Shown: positions 51,503 to 63,920 of the stretch, one piece after another
Layout: every line of letters starts with the position of its first letter
Numbering within the stretch: the stretch's first letter is position 1
Source of the DNA: Octopus sinensis
Lineage: Eukaryota
Direction: 5' to 3'
DNA: 64,000 nt
Assembly: GCF_006345805.1 (NCBI RefSeq)
Contig: NC_043002.1
Coordinates: 4,898,001-4,962,000 of the forward strand
Notes under the pieces: model-generated
Told to the model about the DNA's origin: nothing
Databases searched by the model: none
Seen by the model: the letters and a program-made list of their open reading frames with translations, nothing else
Translations under genes and position numbers: made by a program

Positions 51503-51862
51503 ATCATCATCATCATTGTTCGACCGTGGTCGAGACAATGGAATTTACTATGTTACACCAGACTTCACGGGCCATCATAGCATTACGGAGGTCCTGTTGC
51601 TAGATGCCTGTATCCCTGGAGATTACATTAGGGTAGGAGAATTATCAAAGAAGCTTGAGAGGCGGTCGGATGGAACTTACACTCGCCTCCTTATGAGAGC
51701 TCAAAATCTCTCGTGGAAGCGTCATCCAACCAAAGTACAAATATATGGGAAATTACCACTTGTATCATCTCTTGTGAAAGGTAGAAGAGTCCAGTTTGCT
51801 GGACATTGTTGTAGAGCTGAAAACGAGGTAATTCTCCTCTGGAAGCCATCTGCTCGCATACC
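51503..51862. mobile_element. RTE LINE copy with 5' inversion
   Basis: 51503-51640 matches the minus-strand 3' end of 43798-44302; 51641-51862 matches the adjoining upstream part in the opposite orientation. Confidence 0.85.
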
Positions 51863-52426
51863 GTATACCGAAGGATGGTTAGTAGTGACAAGATACTAGA
51901 AGACTTGTCCAAATCATACCAGCATGAAAAAAACAGATGAACTTATATTGGTTTAATAAGCTATGATTTAAAAAAGTAATTACCTTTGTGCCTTTGATAT
52001 GAGGTTTGTTTAATCATAGGCTGACAAATTGATTTGGTTTTTATGGGAAAGGAAAATGGTGTATTAGGTGTATGAATATCACAACTTCCCTTTCGTTATG
52101 ATGACTTTATGCTTTGTCAAAATAAAAAGAAAACAAAAAAAATTTTTAGCACTGTTGTAAATTTTAATTTAATTAATTTATTTTTTTCTCTTCAGGGCAG
52201 GGGAAGACAAGTGTTGCACTGGGCACTTGTGTCTAAGCCTTGTTGTTTAGGGCAACAGTTGGCTGTCTGTTTGGATCAGGTTAGCTAACATCAGTTAGTC
52301 ACCAGATACAACAGTCTGAACGACCCCTTCAGGTACAAAGGAACAAAAGTGAAACAAGAAGGAAGCAAAATAGCTGCAAGTAATACTTTTGTTATTGACG
52401 AGACGGAACCATTTACCGATTTAATC

Positions 52427-52600
52427 ATGCAGTCACAAGACAATACTCATCTTGAATGCCAAGACCAATCCACGGATCTTCAAACTGACGTTGTTGATGA
52501 TATATTCCAGATATTTGATACCTCCCCAACAGCCAAAACCCCAGTGATTGACACATCTTATTTAACCACGTACGGTATCGAAGATGAATGGCCTATTTAA
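52427..52600 (+). other. 57-aa upstream ORF overlapping the bZIP start codon out of frame
   Basis: ATG 52427 with A at -3; TAA 52598-52600 lies 5 nt before the donor; inside exon 52196-52605 (acceptor ctcttcAG, donor GAG|GTAAGT). Confidence 0.65.
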
Positions 52601-52605
52601 CAGAG
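52584..52605 (+). CDS. bZIP gene, first coding segment (MNGLFNR-G, phase 1)
   Basis: ATG with A at -3; upstream in-frame stop at 52545-47; donor GTAAGT at 52606. Confidence 0.65.
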
Positions 52606-52754
52606 GTAAGTGTAACCTATCGAAATTGCTTGAGATGATCGACTCCTCTCGTTTGGAGTTACTTTTTTTTTTTTTTTAACATATTGTTGACAGACAAATT
52701 GATTGATTAATTGCTACAATTTATAAAGCCGTTTTATACAATTTATAAAGCCAG

Positions 52755-53015
52755 TGCCGCCTGACTGGCGTCCGTGTTGGTGACACGTAAAAGCACCAAC
52801 CGATTGTGGCCGTTTGCCAGCCTGCTCTGGCCCCTCTGCCGGTGGCACGTAAAAAACACCCACTACACATTAGGAAGGGCATCCAGCTGTAGAAACACTG
52901 CCAAATCAGACTAGAGCCTGGTGCAGCCTCCATGGCTTACCAGACCCCGGTTAAACCGTCCAACCCATGCTAGCATGGAAAACGGACGTTAAACGATGAT
53001 GATGATGATGATGAT
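52755..53015 (+). mobile_element. SINE family C (intronic)
   Basis: Core plus (GAT)n tail. Confidence 0.8.
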
Positions 53016-53235
53016 TTTATTCTGTTACTAGTTCCAATCATTGGACTCACAACTGTGAGATCCCTAGTGATATCTTCAATAAATTTACACTTGGGCATGG
53101 GATGCCCTGCAATGCTTTATACCCATGCTTAAATGTGGCACTGATTGGACTGCAGTCAAATTGGATCACCATCATCAAGAGTTTAGTTGGTCAGATCAAC
53201 CTCAGTTCTTATTTCAGTCTTATACTTAGTTTATT

Positions 53236-53390
53236 AAAATATATGTGTGGTAAGTAACTTGCTTCCCAATCAAATGGTTCCAGGTTCGTTCCCACTGCAT
53301 GACACCTTGGGCAACTGTCTTCTACTATAGCCTTGAGCTGACCAAAGCCTTGTGAGTGGATTTGGTAGACGGAAACTGAAAGAAGCCTGT

Positions 53391-53427
<37 letters not shown>

Positions 53428-53645
53428 GTGTGATATGTTTGTGTGTCTGTGTTTGTCCCTCAACCATCGCTTGACAACCGATGTTGGTGTGTTTACATCC
53501 CCACAATATAGTGGTTCAGCAAAAGAGACCGATAGAATAAGTACTAGGCTTACAAAGAATAAGTCCTGGGGTTGATTTGTTTGACTAAAAGGCGGTGCTC
53601 CAACATGACCGCAGTCAAACAACTGAAACAAGTAAAAGAGTAAAA
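53236..53645 (+). mobile_element. SINE family B (intronic)
   Basis: Head to GTAAAAGA tail. Confidence 0.8.
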
Positions 53646-53916
53646 TGAGTAAACTGCTAAGATATGGGATGTGGTTGTAAGCATAAGCATACATGCCCTC
53701 TCACTCACACACACACACACGACAAACCTCAGCATATTTTCCGTCTCCAAATTCCATCCACAAAATATTGGTCTACATGAATCTGTAGTTGAAGACACTT
53801 GCATAAAGTGCTTAGAACTGGTATCAATTCCATGCTTAGAAAGAAAGCTTGATAATCACACACCCAAGCCTGTGCCTATTTTTGTTCATGTTTTATGTGT
53901 TTTTTTCCCTCACCAG

Positions 53917-54047
53917 GCTCAAGCCCAAATACGAAACTCAGATCTTTTGATGTTGAAGAGAATCTCTTAACGGAACAATTCCCTTCAGACCTGGACAGTT
54001 TGTTACTTTCAAATGACATATCCAACCTCCTTCTACCACTGGATGCA
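53917..54047 (+). CDS. bZIP gene, middle exon (131 nt, phase 1 to phase 0)
   Basis: Acceptor ttttttccctcaccAG; donor GCA|GTAAGT at 54048; acidic/Leu-rich DVEENLLTEQFPSDLDSLLL; phases join both neighbours in frame. Confidence 0.7.
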
Positions 54048-56219
54048 GTAAGTGAGAAAAATTTATTTAAACCCTTCATGTTGGGGGAGATTACATATAT
54101 GTTAGTGATTTGGTAATCGTTTGGAGTTGATAAGAAGTTTCTTGTAATTATGAGAAGCAATTTGTTGTTCATTTGCAAAATTAAAGATCATTTTTAAATC
54201 TGTGTTAGAAAATCATACAAAAAAGTTTCATTTACTTTTATAAAAATACCAGTTATCATCATCAGGACCAGCTGATAAACATCCCTTAAAACACAGCCTA
54301 CTGTCAGAGACAAAAAAGGGAAACACATTGGATAGCATAGCCTCAGATACACATTAACTGCGAAAAAGCAAAAAATATGGAATGGTTGTGGCTGAAGTGT
54401 CTTTCATCATTACATTATGCTTCCTTCTTTTTAAGCAAAATGCCATGATTTGGGTGAAATTTTGTTCTTATTTCTAGAATAGTGAGAACTGCATAAATCT
54501 ACTGTGTTATATGTATTATGAGATTATTGCACACAGTGCTCAGGTGCTTTTCTTTTTAATTATCTCTGGATGTGTGTGTTGGGCTGTAATATAGAATGTT
54601 ACATATAGGTAATATTGTTGTGAAAGCAATCAACTTCAACTGGTGTGTCATTTCATGTCAACACCAGAGCCCCATGGTTGGGCAGGGATTTGAGCTCTAC
54701 TGCACTATGCTAGCCCCTTGTATCAGGCACTGGTCAGCAGTGGGTCAAATTGACTCTGATACTAAAAGAGTACTCTAGTTTACTGGCCCTACAAGACATT
54801 AGAGGCAAATTTATCCTTCGCATAATTTGAACTCAAAATGTAAAGAGACAGAACAAATACTGCAAGCCATTTTATCTGCGGTGCTAACGAGTCTTCCAAT
54901 CAACCATCCTCATTGGCTCAATATATTTTCTGTTGATATGGCTGGTGAATGCTGACAGTTTGCTCATATTAAAAAAAAGTATTATGGTGAGTGCCTAGAC
55001 TACAGTTGAGAGAATATATATGTTTGAGCCTCCGCAACTAAAGGATAAAATAATTTTTAAAAGTATTGACAAGAGATCATCAGTCACAACTTCCTTAACT
55101 AAAAGGTGAAATAATTTTTAAAAATAGTTATATAAAATAATTCTATTGTGTCTGGTGAGTGTGTTACATAATAAGGCACTAAAAGAAAATGACTCTCCCC
55201 AGACACAATAGAATATGCTTCAACACACGAACTCATATAAAGAATCTTGCAAACCAAATCCAAAAACGAAATATAAAATAAGTTGTTAACAATAAAAGAT
55301 AGATCTAGGATATTGGATTTTAAGGTGAACACAAAGTATTTTATCTGATTCCTTTCTTACTTTACCATTCACCATTCTTCTAAGGCAAAGTTATTATTGA
55401 GTAGAAAAGGTATCTTGTTTTACAGTTAAAGAAACAGAATCCAAAAAAAACTAATGAAAACCTGTTTTGGCAAAAATTGCATTTATTGGTAGATAAGTAA
55501 AATTACTTCAGGTTTTATACTGTTGTGAGGTGAAGTTTCTAATATTTTGATCAAAGTTTTTCTTATGATGTAGAAGCAGAATTTTTTTGTTGGTTAGAGA
55601 ATGTGCACCTTAAAAACATATGGTATTTAATATCCCTGACCCTCTGAGATCAAATCTTGCCTGGGTTTTACTTTACTTCTCATTACTCTGAGCTTGAGAC
55701 AATGAGTACCAGTCAACTGCCGGGGATTGGTTTAATCCTCTCCACTCTCCTATTAGAACTTGTGGCCTTGAGTCAACGTATGGAATATTCAGCTTTGAGA
55801 AATAAGCAAACACATTTTTTGTACCTTTTGTTTAGTTTGTATTCTTTGTGACCTAATTTCATTGAATAGGTTATAAATAGACATGAGGAAATAGCTTTGA
55901 CGATTTTCTATAACAGAAGACTTGTTCATTGCTGTGATTGCAAAGTCACGTAATGCTATGTGTGCACATCTATAGTATTTTACAAGTGGTTTTTTATGAA
56001 CAAACTTGTGAGTGTCAAATACTATTATATTTTTACTCTTACTGATTTCAGTTACCTGACTGTGGCACTAGATATATTTTCCACTCTATCTGTGACGTCA
56101 TCATCAGCTTTCCATTTTTCCAAACTGACATGGCATCATCATAGCCTGATATTTTCCATGCCATCCAACACACACATCAGTAGAGAAACTGGCCAACTTT
56201 GTTGTTGCATATTTCTTAT

Positions 56220-56355
56220 AGGGCATCCAGCCGTAGAAACACTGCCAGATCAGACTGGGCCTGATGCAGCCTTCTGGCTTCACAGACCCCAGTTGAACCG
56301 TCCAACCCATGCTAGCATGGAAAGCGGATGCTAAATGATGATAATGATGATGATG
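56220..56355 (+). mobile_element. SINE family C, 3' part (intronic)
   Basis: Core plus (GAT)n tail. Confidence 0.75.
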
Positions 56356-56814
56356 TATCCCTGATTACCTGTTATTCTTGTAACTGAACTAGAGCCTTCG
56401 TTTGCAGCCCTTATTTTAAGCTACTGCCCTCTCATTTAGGTAACCTGCAATGCAATTTGTGGAGTGCATGTCTTATTTGAATGTTGTCATGGTTTCTGGG
56501 ACCAGAAGCCCTTCCACTCAACAACCATTTCACAGCATGTATTTTGTGCACTGACTCTAGAGAACTTGTCCAATGTAACCAGACAAAAGAGTCTCCACTA
56601 TTTTGTATCAGTTGTTACTCGAAGGTGCTACCTTCCTAGAGTATTATCATGTGATGCAGTATGCAAAGTCTGTGTCTTGTTGGTATGTATTTTTTTGGAT
56701 GAATCAGTTATAATGAAAATAACATTCCTTATTTTATTTTTTATAATTTTTAAGGACATCTTTATCATTCTTTAATATCAATCAAAATATTGTCTTTTTT
56801 ATATTTTTTTGTAG

Positions 56815-57801
56815 GATTCCTCCCAAAAGTATTTGGATGAGAATATTACACAAGGTGTAGGTTCTACAGAAACTTCTTTTGATTCGGATCTCCTACTTGA
56901 TTCGCAAAAATCTCTCTTGGAATCAGAGCCGCTGTACGAGCATTACTCTGAATTAGATAAGATGCTGGAAATTTTGTCACCTCTAGATGATCAAAAGGTG
57001 GAGTTTTACCAGGAGACAGACCAGAAGCCGAATAATTTACCAATGACAGACCAGAAACTGAGTGATATGTCTGAAATTGACCCTCTCCTAGAAATTTACT
57101 CTGAGCCACTTGATGGTTATATTGCTTTCCCTGATGCAGAAGAAAAGCTGAAAATTGACCCAACAGTAGATGAGAAACCAAGTCTTTATACAGAGCTAAA
57201 TCAGAATATAGAGACTTGCCCTGCGATAGATCAGAATTCAAAGACTTATCCTGCAACAAATGAAATTCTTGAGGTTTTTCCTGAACAAGGTAAGAAGCAA
57301 ATTACCTCAACCCATCAAAACTCACAAAAAGTATGCCTGAATCAGATGCCTGAGAATAAAGTTACATTTAAGAGGCAGAGCTACACTCAGCCTCATGCAT
57401 TATTACTGAATAACAGTCATGTAGTAGGTATATCGTCATCATCATCATCATCATCATCCACAACAACACCTGTTGAAGACCACGAATGTAGTACTAGTAA
57501 AAAGCTTCGTCTAGCAGGTGAAATCTCCGATACAGCCCAGACATCTGTAAGCAATAGACAAATGACAACATCATCTCTCACGGCTGGTGAAATGTCTGCA
57601 ATTGAGAAATATAATGAGAGGAGAAGACGAAATAATATAGCATCACGCAAATCGAGAGAGAATCGTAAGAAAAAGAATCAAAATGATTTGGTGGAACTGG
57701 AAGAACTTGGGATGATAAATGAAAATCTGAAGCTGAAAGTCAAAGATCTTGAGGAATGTTTGGAAAAGACAAAAGCAGAATTAGTAAAGGCTTTGATGTA
57801 A
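56815..57801 (+). CDS. bZIP transcription factor terminal exon (C/EBP-PAR related, BmCbz-like); full protein ~379 aa
   Basis: Acceptor tttttttgtAG|GAT (phase 0); basic region KYNERRRRNNIASRKSRENRKKK plus zipper L..L..L; stop TAA 57799-57801. Confidence 0.88.
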   Translation, partial: DSSQKYLDENITQGVGSTETSFDSDLLLDSQKSLLESEPLYEHYSELDKMLEILSPLDDQKVEFYQETDQKPNNLPMTDQKLSDMSEIDPLLEIYSEPLDGYIAFPDAEEKLKIDPTVDEKPSLYTELNQNIETCPAIDQNSKTYPATNEILEVFPEQGKKQITSTHQNSQKVCLNQMPENKVTFKRQSYTQPHALLLNNSHVVGISSSSSSSSSTTTPVEDHECSTSKKLRLAGEISDTAQTSVSNRQMTTSSLTAGEMSAIEKYNERRRRNNIASRKSRENRKKKNQNDLVELEELGMINENLKLKVKDLEECLEKTKAELVKALM

Positions 57802-58049
57802 ATATCTGGAAGGACTCGAGAGTAAATAATGATTTTATTTACTAAAACATTGCTCATGTTTTAGATAGACTGACTGTTTCTGTGTATCAGTTGGGAGAAG
57901 GTTAAACATCATAAATTTTTATTTCTTTCATTTAACTATGTAAGAATTTGATATCATGTTATTATTACCGATTGCATTCTAGTGCTTCTACAAAAATTGT
58001 GACCATCATGACTAATGCACCTATAAAATATTTATGTTACCCCAAAGCA

Positions 58050-58255
58050 GTGAACTGGCAGAGTTGTTAGCATGTCGGGCAAAATGCTTAGCGGCAGTTC
58101 ATCCAGCTTCACGTTCTGAGTTCAAATTCTACTGAGGTCGACTTTACCTTTCATCCTTTCGGGGTCGATAAAATAAGTACCAGTTGAACACTGGGGTTGA
58201 TGTCATCAACTTACCCCTTCCCCCAAAATTACAGGCCTTGTACCAAAATTCGAAA
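58050..58255 (+). mobile_element. SINE family N in the probable bZIP 3' UTR
   Basis: Head GAACTGGCAGAG, B-box and core. Confidence 0.8.
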
Positions 58256-59384
58256 CTAAAATTTATGTCACTGGAGTAAGTGGCCTGTAACATCATTTTG
58301 TGTAATTTTTTCAATTCTGTTTTTGACATTTTTTTTTTTTTTTACTTTATTTTAACTTTAAATACGAAATAATTATAACAAATAAGACAGCTCCAATTTT
58401 GAGAAATTATAATTATAAATTTATATAATTTCAGGAGAGAGTTAAAGATGGTGTAAAAGGATTTAAATTTTAAATTTAACTTCATATATTAGGCTGAAAA
58501 TTTTAGTAATTACATAATTTATTGTAATGTAACCCTATAAAGTTGACCAGAACTTTATTTATTTATTTATCGTTTGAGTCACTAGCATTTAAAATTAATT
58601 TAATTTCAACATAAAATAAGCTCTAGAAAAGAGTGTAATCTTATTTTTGAAAAATCAATGATTAGCTGCACACATGTTTAAATAAGTTAAAAAACAGTGT
58701 TGAATATTCAAAATTATAACCGTAAATCTTTCTTTAGAATCTTGTATTTGCATTTCTTCTCTTCTAATGACCATAAAAAGGTGCATAAGGAATATTATAA
58801 ACAAATTTTGGGAACTCAAAGAAAGACGTTAAAAACATCTAGGTCTGCTGTGATGTAGCTACAATTTTAAAGGTCAACAATTGACCATTAGATATGGATT
58901 TAACAATTGACCATTAGATATGGATTTTAACTGCTGATTGTTAAATTGCTTATTTTCTGAACTTCAGCTTTTATACCTTTTATTCTTTTATACATTTCAG
59001 CCCTATGGCTGTGGCAATGCTGGAGCATTTTTTAATTTTATTTTTTTTCTTCTTCAGTTAACCATCCCCTCCAACTTCATGAGAATTTAAGAATAAATTC
59101 TTTCAATTTATCAAAGTTGGTAGTAAGAACTGTTACTTCAGTGACTAGTTCTTTGTTGATGCCATTTTTATGAGCTTTTTTTTTAAAACCAATTCCATTA
59201 TATTCATGAGATAAATATTTAAGAAAAAGACTACCTTTTCAAAATTCTAATCATTAAAGTAAAAAAAAAGAAAAAAACTTGTGAAGGAAATGTTTTCTTC
59301 TGAATATTAAAGAAAATCTGCAATATGTTTGTTACTTTTAATATGAAATATTTCTTGTTATCCTTTAATATGGATGAGGGCAGT

Positions 59385-59600
59385 GAACTCGCAAAATCAT
59401 TAGAGCAACAGAAAACAAAAAATGATTTGTGATATTTGTCCCACTCTTTATATTCTGAGTTCAAATTTCGCCATGGTAAACTTTGCCTTTCATCCTTTTG
59501 GAGTTGATAAAGTACTGATAAAACCAGTAATATACTGAGGTCAATATATATATTTGACCAACTCACTCCTTTTAAAATTGTTGGCCTTGTGCCTAAACCA
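59385..59600 (+). mobile_element. SINE family N, degenerate
   Basis: GAGTTCAAATTTCGCC..GCCTTTCATCCTTTT. Confidence 0.65.
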
Positions 59601-60739
59601 GAAGCAATTATCCTTTGATATGGGTGCAATTTTTTTTCATTTAAGAAATTCTTTCACTTTCCATCACATTTACACACAAACGATAATTCCAGAACGCACG
59701 ACATAACACACACACACACTCTGTTTGAATTATTGCCAAGAAACTCTTTCACCTAGAGAGTAAAATACATCTTTCACTATCTGTATACAAAATGAATTTA
59801 ATTCTTATTTATTAATTGAACTCATTCTTTATCAAAGACATCTAATTGACACATTAGCACTGCTGCATTTCCAAAGACTGGAAGAACCTGGAACTCTTGT
59901 TCTTTATTCCCGGTTATAATCTGTTATAATTCCTTCCAGTTATTGTTATTTTTGAATTTTTTTTTTAAACTTGAACTTGGATAAAACTTTTTTTTGTTTC
60001 ATTTATATTTTGTACCAGAATATATGAAAGACATTCTGAGTGGCGTCAATTATCTGAAACAAAACTATATTTATTGATTTAGAAATTGTATGATAAGCAA
60101 CTGAGTTACTAAGGCGACAAAGAAAAAAATTCTTTGGTTTGAAAGAGTTCACAATATTAAAAGATGAAGCTGATGATTCCATCCAAAGAAAACCAAAAAA
60201 AAATTCTACAAAATATTTTCTCCGTTTTTTGGAGGACTTTTGTAAATAATTGAAAAAAAAAAATTAAAAATTAAAAAGTACTTGTTTATATTGGTTGGGG
60301 ATGAAATTTTAATTTAAAACAAAAAAACACTAACTACCTGATTAAGTTTTATATTTTTCATTACTTAAGTCTTTCTGAATTTTTAATTATTTAAAATTTT
60401 AGTTCTGATTATTTACATTTTAGATTAAGGTTAACCAAAATACTGTCAGATTAAAAATAATCTAAAATAGTGATGATGACAATAATAATAATAATAATAA
60501 CAAAATTATGAATTTTTTTCATTCAATTTAAATTGCAAAGTCTTTACTTTAAAATGAATACATTTAATGCAAATTACAAGTTGGGGTCCTTTGACTGGGC
60601 ACAGTCAAGATAGTAGCAATACAAATAAAGTTAACAGTTTAAAATTCTGACTGATAGAAATTTATTATTCTGTATTTAGTATTTCTGTTTTGAGATAAAA
60701 ATGTTGGAAATAATATCAGTTATATGATACTGTTTACAC

Positions 60740-60772
<33 letters not shown>

Positions 60773-61039
60773 TTAAAATAAATTTTTTTCAAGTAAGTTT
60801 TGTTTGTTGTATTTTTATTCTTCCATCATTCTTATCGTAATTTTATTTACTTTTTTTTTTCCAGTTACAGTTCACATATTTATAACTAGATATGTGAATT
60901 AAATTTGGGATAAATTAAAAATAAAAAGAACAAATTCAAGTCATGGCTGTGTATTTAAGAAATTTGTTTTGCAACCACGTGATTTTGGTTTCAATCTCAG
61001 GTTGCAGTACTTTGGTCAAGCACCTTCTCGGGGAAGAAG

Positions 61040-62640
61040 AGTCTTCCTAGTGTGGACCCAGTTATCAAAGTTGACAGCAAAATGATAGATAAAGCAATTT
61101 AAGCATATGAAGACAAAGAAAGCCCCTGATCCATCAAGAATTACTACCAAGATGCTTAAAATATCTGGTGGAGTGGGACACAGCTTAATCACCTGTATAA
61201 TCAGATTGTCCAGGAAGGTATCATACCTAATGACTGGTATTGAAGTATTATAGTCAACTGCTACAAAGGAAAGTTACAGAACAGATCGTAGCTCAACTAA
61301 TTATGAAAGAATTAGCCTGAATGAGATGCAGTTTAGTTTTGTGCCATAGAGAGGTACTGCTGATGCTACCATTCTTTGTAAGACAACTGTTGGGGAAGCA
61401 TTTAACCAAAAATAAACCTCTGTACTTGACATTTGTCAACTTTGAGAAAGTCTTTGACAAGGTCCCTTGCTCTCTCATCTCATAGTTACTATGGAAGCTA
61501 GAGATAGATGAATGGTTGGTGAGAGCTGTCCAAGCCATGTACAGGTGTGCAGTAAGATGAGTAGAGCAATGAATTTACTTAAGCAGGTAAGGAGTTCATC
61601 AGGGCTCAGTTCTCAGCCCCATCATATTTATCATAGTCCTCTAAGTCATGATGGAAGAGTTTAAGACTGGTTGCCTACGGAAGCTTCTCTATGCTGAAGA
61701 CCTTATTCTTAAAGCTGAATCTATAGTGGAATTTATTGATTTAGAAATTGTATAATAAGCAACTGAGTTACTAAAGCAACCAAGAAAAAAATTATTTGGT
61801 TTGAAAGAGTTCACAATATTAAAAAAATGAAGCTGATGATTCCATCCAAAGAAATAATGCCAAAGCAGACAATTTCAGATGTGGAAGCAGAGCCTGGAAC
61901 CAAAGGGCTTTAGAGTTAACTTAGTGAAGACCAAAGTCTTAGTAAGTAGGAAAACTGACAAATTGCTAATCCTTTCAGGAAAATGGTTTTGCTCGATGTG
62001 TAGAAAAAGGTGTAAGAAGAAATTCTATACAATGTACCAGTGCAAGCTATGGACAGATTAGAGGTACAGTGGGAGGCTAAAAGAGAAAATAGTGTATGTG
62101 GCACATGTGGAAGAAGAGTAAATACTAAGAACACACCAGAACTAGGTTTTCTTATATGCTTTAGGGAGTCTTTAGAGGTAGTAGATAGCTTGTGATACCT
62201 GGGTGACCTAATTAGCCCGGGAGGAAGGTGCTCTGAAAGTAGTTGCTAGAATAAGAACTGGCTAGAGAAAGTGCAGAGAACTATTACCTCTTCTGGCAAT
62301 AAAGGGAGTCTCTGAGTGAAATGTGAGTTGTGAATACAGAAGACATGTAAAGGCTTGGAAAAATGAAGAATATGAGAAAATGTAATGTATTAAAAGAAGA
62401 ATTGGCATAAAATGTATCCGAAGCAGTGGAGAAGCGAGAAAACTGCACTGGTATGGTCATGTGATGTGTATCAATGAGGACAGCTGCTTAAAGAAGTGCG
62501 AAATGTGGATGGAGACCATGGAAGAGGAAAATTGTGGAACAAAGTGGTGAGAAATAACCTTCAGATGCTGAACATCCGAGAAGAGATGACAAAGAATTGA
62601 AGTGATTGGAAATTTTCTGTGCTTGGGTAGACATTCCACC
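61040..62640 (+). mobile_element. Heavily decayed RTE-clade LINE
   Basis: Broken RT motifs (TFVNFEKVFDKVP, GVHQGSVLSP-like, LLYAED, WKQSLEPKGFRVNLVKTKVL); many stops and frameshifts. Confidence 0.7.
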
Positions 62641-62899
62641 CAAGTAAAACTGAGCTCCTAAAAGGCATTCATTTACGTCTGTGTCTTTGCACACCATCTG
62701 TCTTTGACAAAATTCTCCTCAAGAACCCTTCTTCCTTCACCCATGTTCACCACACACTGCATTCCTCTCTTCTCTTGCAAACTTACCTGCTCACTCACCC
62801 TATCCAATCCTCTTTATCACTTTATATACTACCACACCATGTAACTTAAAGGTTTGTCTTAACACATCCTCACCATCTTGTCTTTCTCTCCTTTTCTCT

Positions 62900-63290
62900 C
62901 TCTTTTTTTCAAATGGAATAGCAATATATCTCCGCCACAGCAAGACTTCTTTTACAGTTGCACAAATCAGAGATCTACAGGAAAAAGTGCAATAGATCAG
63001 CCAACCATCTCGAGCAGGTGACAAAAAAGGCAGCGCTTGAATTCGAACAGTGCATAGCAACCAACCCTCACAGCAAAGTGTTCTGGAAGTATGTGCACTC
63101 AAAGCAGAGACCTCACTCTCCAGTTGGTCCCCTTCGCAATCCCCACACAGGGCAGATTACTGGCAATCCCAAAGAATGTGCAGAAATCATTGCTGGATGC
63201 TATGCAGGCATCTTTACTGTCAAAGATCAAAATGTTCCATCTTCATCACCCCTGACACCGGACTCTATAACTACTATGAAATTTACACCA
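62900..63290 (+). mobile_element. CR1-type LINE ORF2 internal fragment (endonuclease-RT linker)
   Basis: NPHSKVFWKYVHSKQR..VGPL....G......KECAEII...YAGIFT. Confidence 0.7.
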
Positions 63291-63344
63291 GCAATGCTAC
63301 ATTATTATTATTATCATATACTAACCTTTCATCACCTGGCACAA

Positions 63345-63920
63345 AGCCACATCATCATCATCGTTTAACGTCCGTTTTCCGCGCTAGCACGGGTTGGACG
63401 GTTCGACCGGGGTCTGGGAAGCCAGGGCTGCACCAGGCTCCAGTCTGATATGGCAGAGTTTCTACAGCTAGATGCCCTTCCTAATGCCAACCACTCCGCG
63501 AGTGTAGTGGGTGCTTTTTACATGCCACCTGCACAGGTGCCAGGGGGGGGGTCTGGCATCGGCCACGATCGGTTGGAGCTTTTAACGTGCCACCAGCACG
63601 GGAGCCAGCCAAGGCAGCGCTGGCAACGGCCACGTTCGGATGGTGCGTTTTATGTGCCACCGGCACAGAAGCCAGTCGGGGCGGCGCTGGCATCTCAGTT
63701 ATTCCCCCACCTCCCAGTTGAGGGTTCTTGTGTTGCAAGTTACTTGGTGACCTTGTTGGGGTGATGGGGGGCCACATAAAAAGTACCCTGTAAAATGGTT
63801 AGTGTTAGGAAGGGAATCCAGCCAAAGCAAACAGTAGAGCTTGGTACAGTCATCAAGCTTGCCAGCTCCTATCAAACAGTCCGACCCATGCCAGCATGGA
63901 AGGCAGATGTTAAATGATGC
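63345..63920. mobile_element. Family C SINE copies in both orientations
   Basis: (CAT)n plus minus-strand core at 63345-63690; plus-strand degenerate copy at 63775-63920. Confidence 0.75.

Noticed and set aside
56815-57801. Naming the bZIP gene ATF4, CEBPG or HLF
   Set aside because: The basic region NNIASRKSRENRK lacks the ATF4 NKxAAxRYR signature and is intermediate between C/EBP and PAR types; orthology needs a phylogeny
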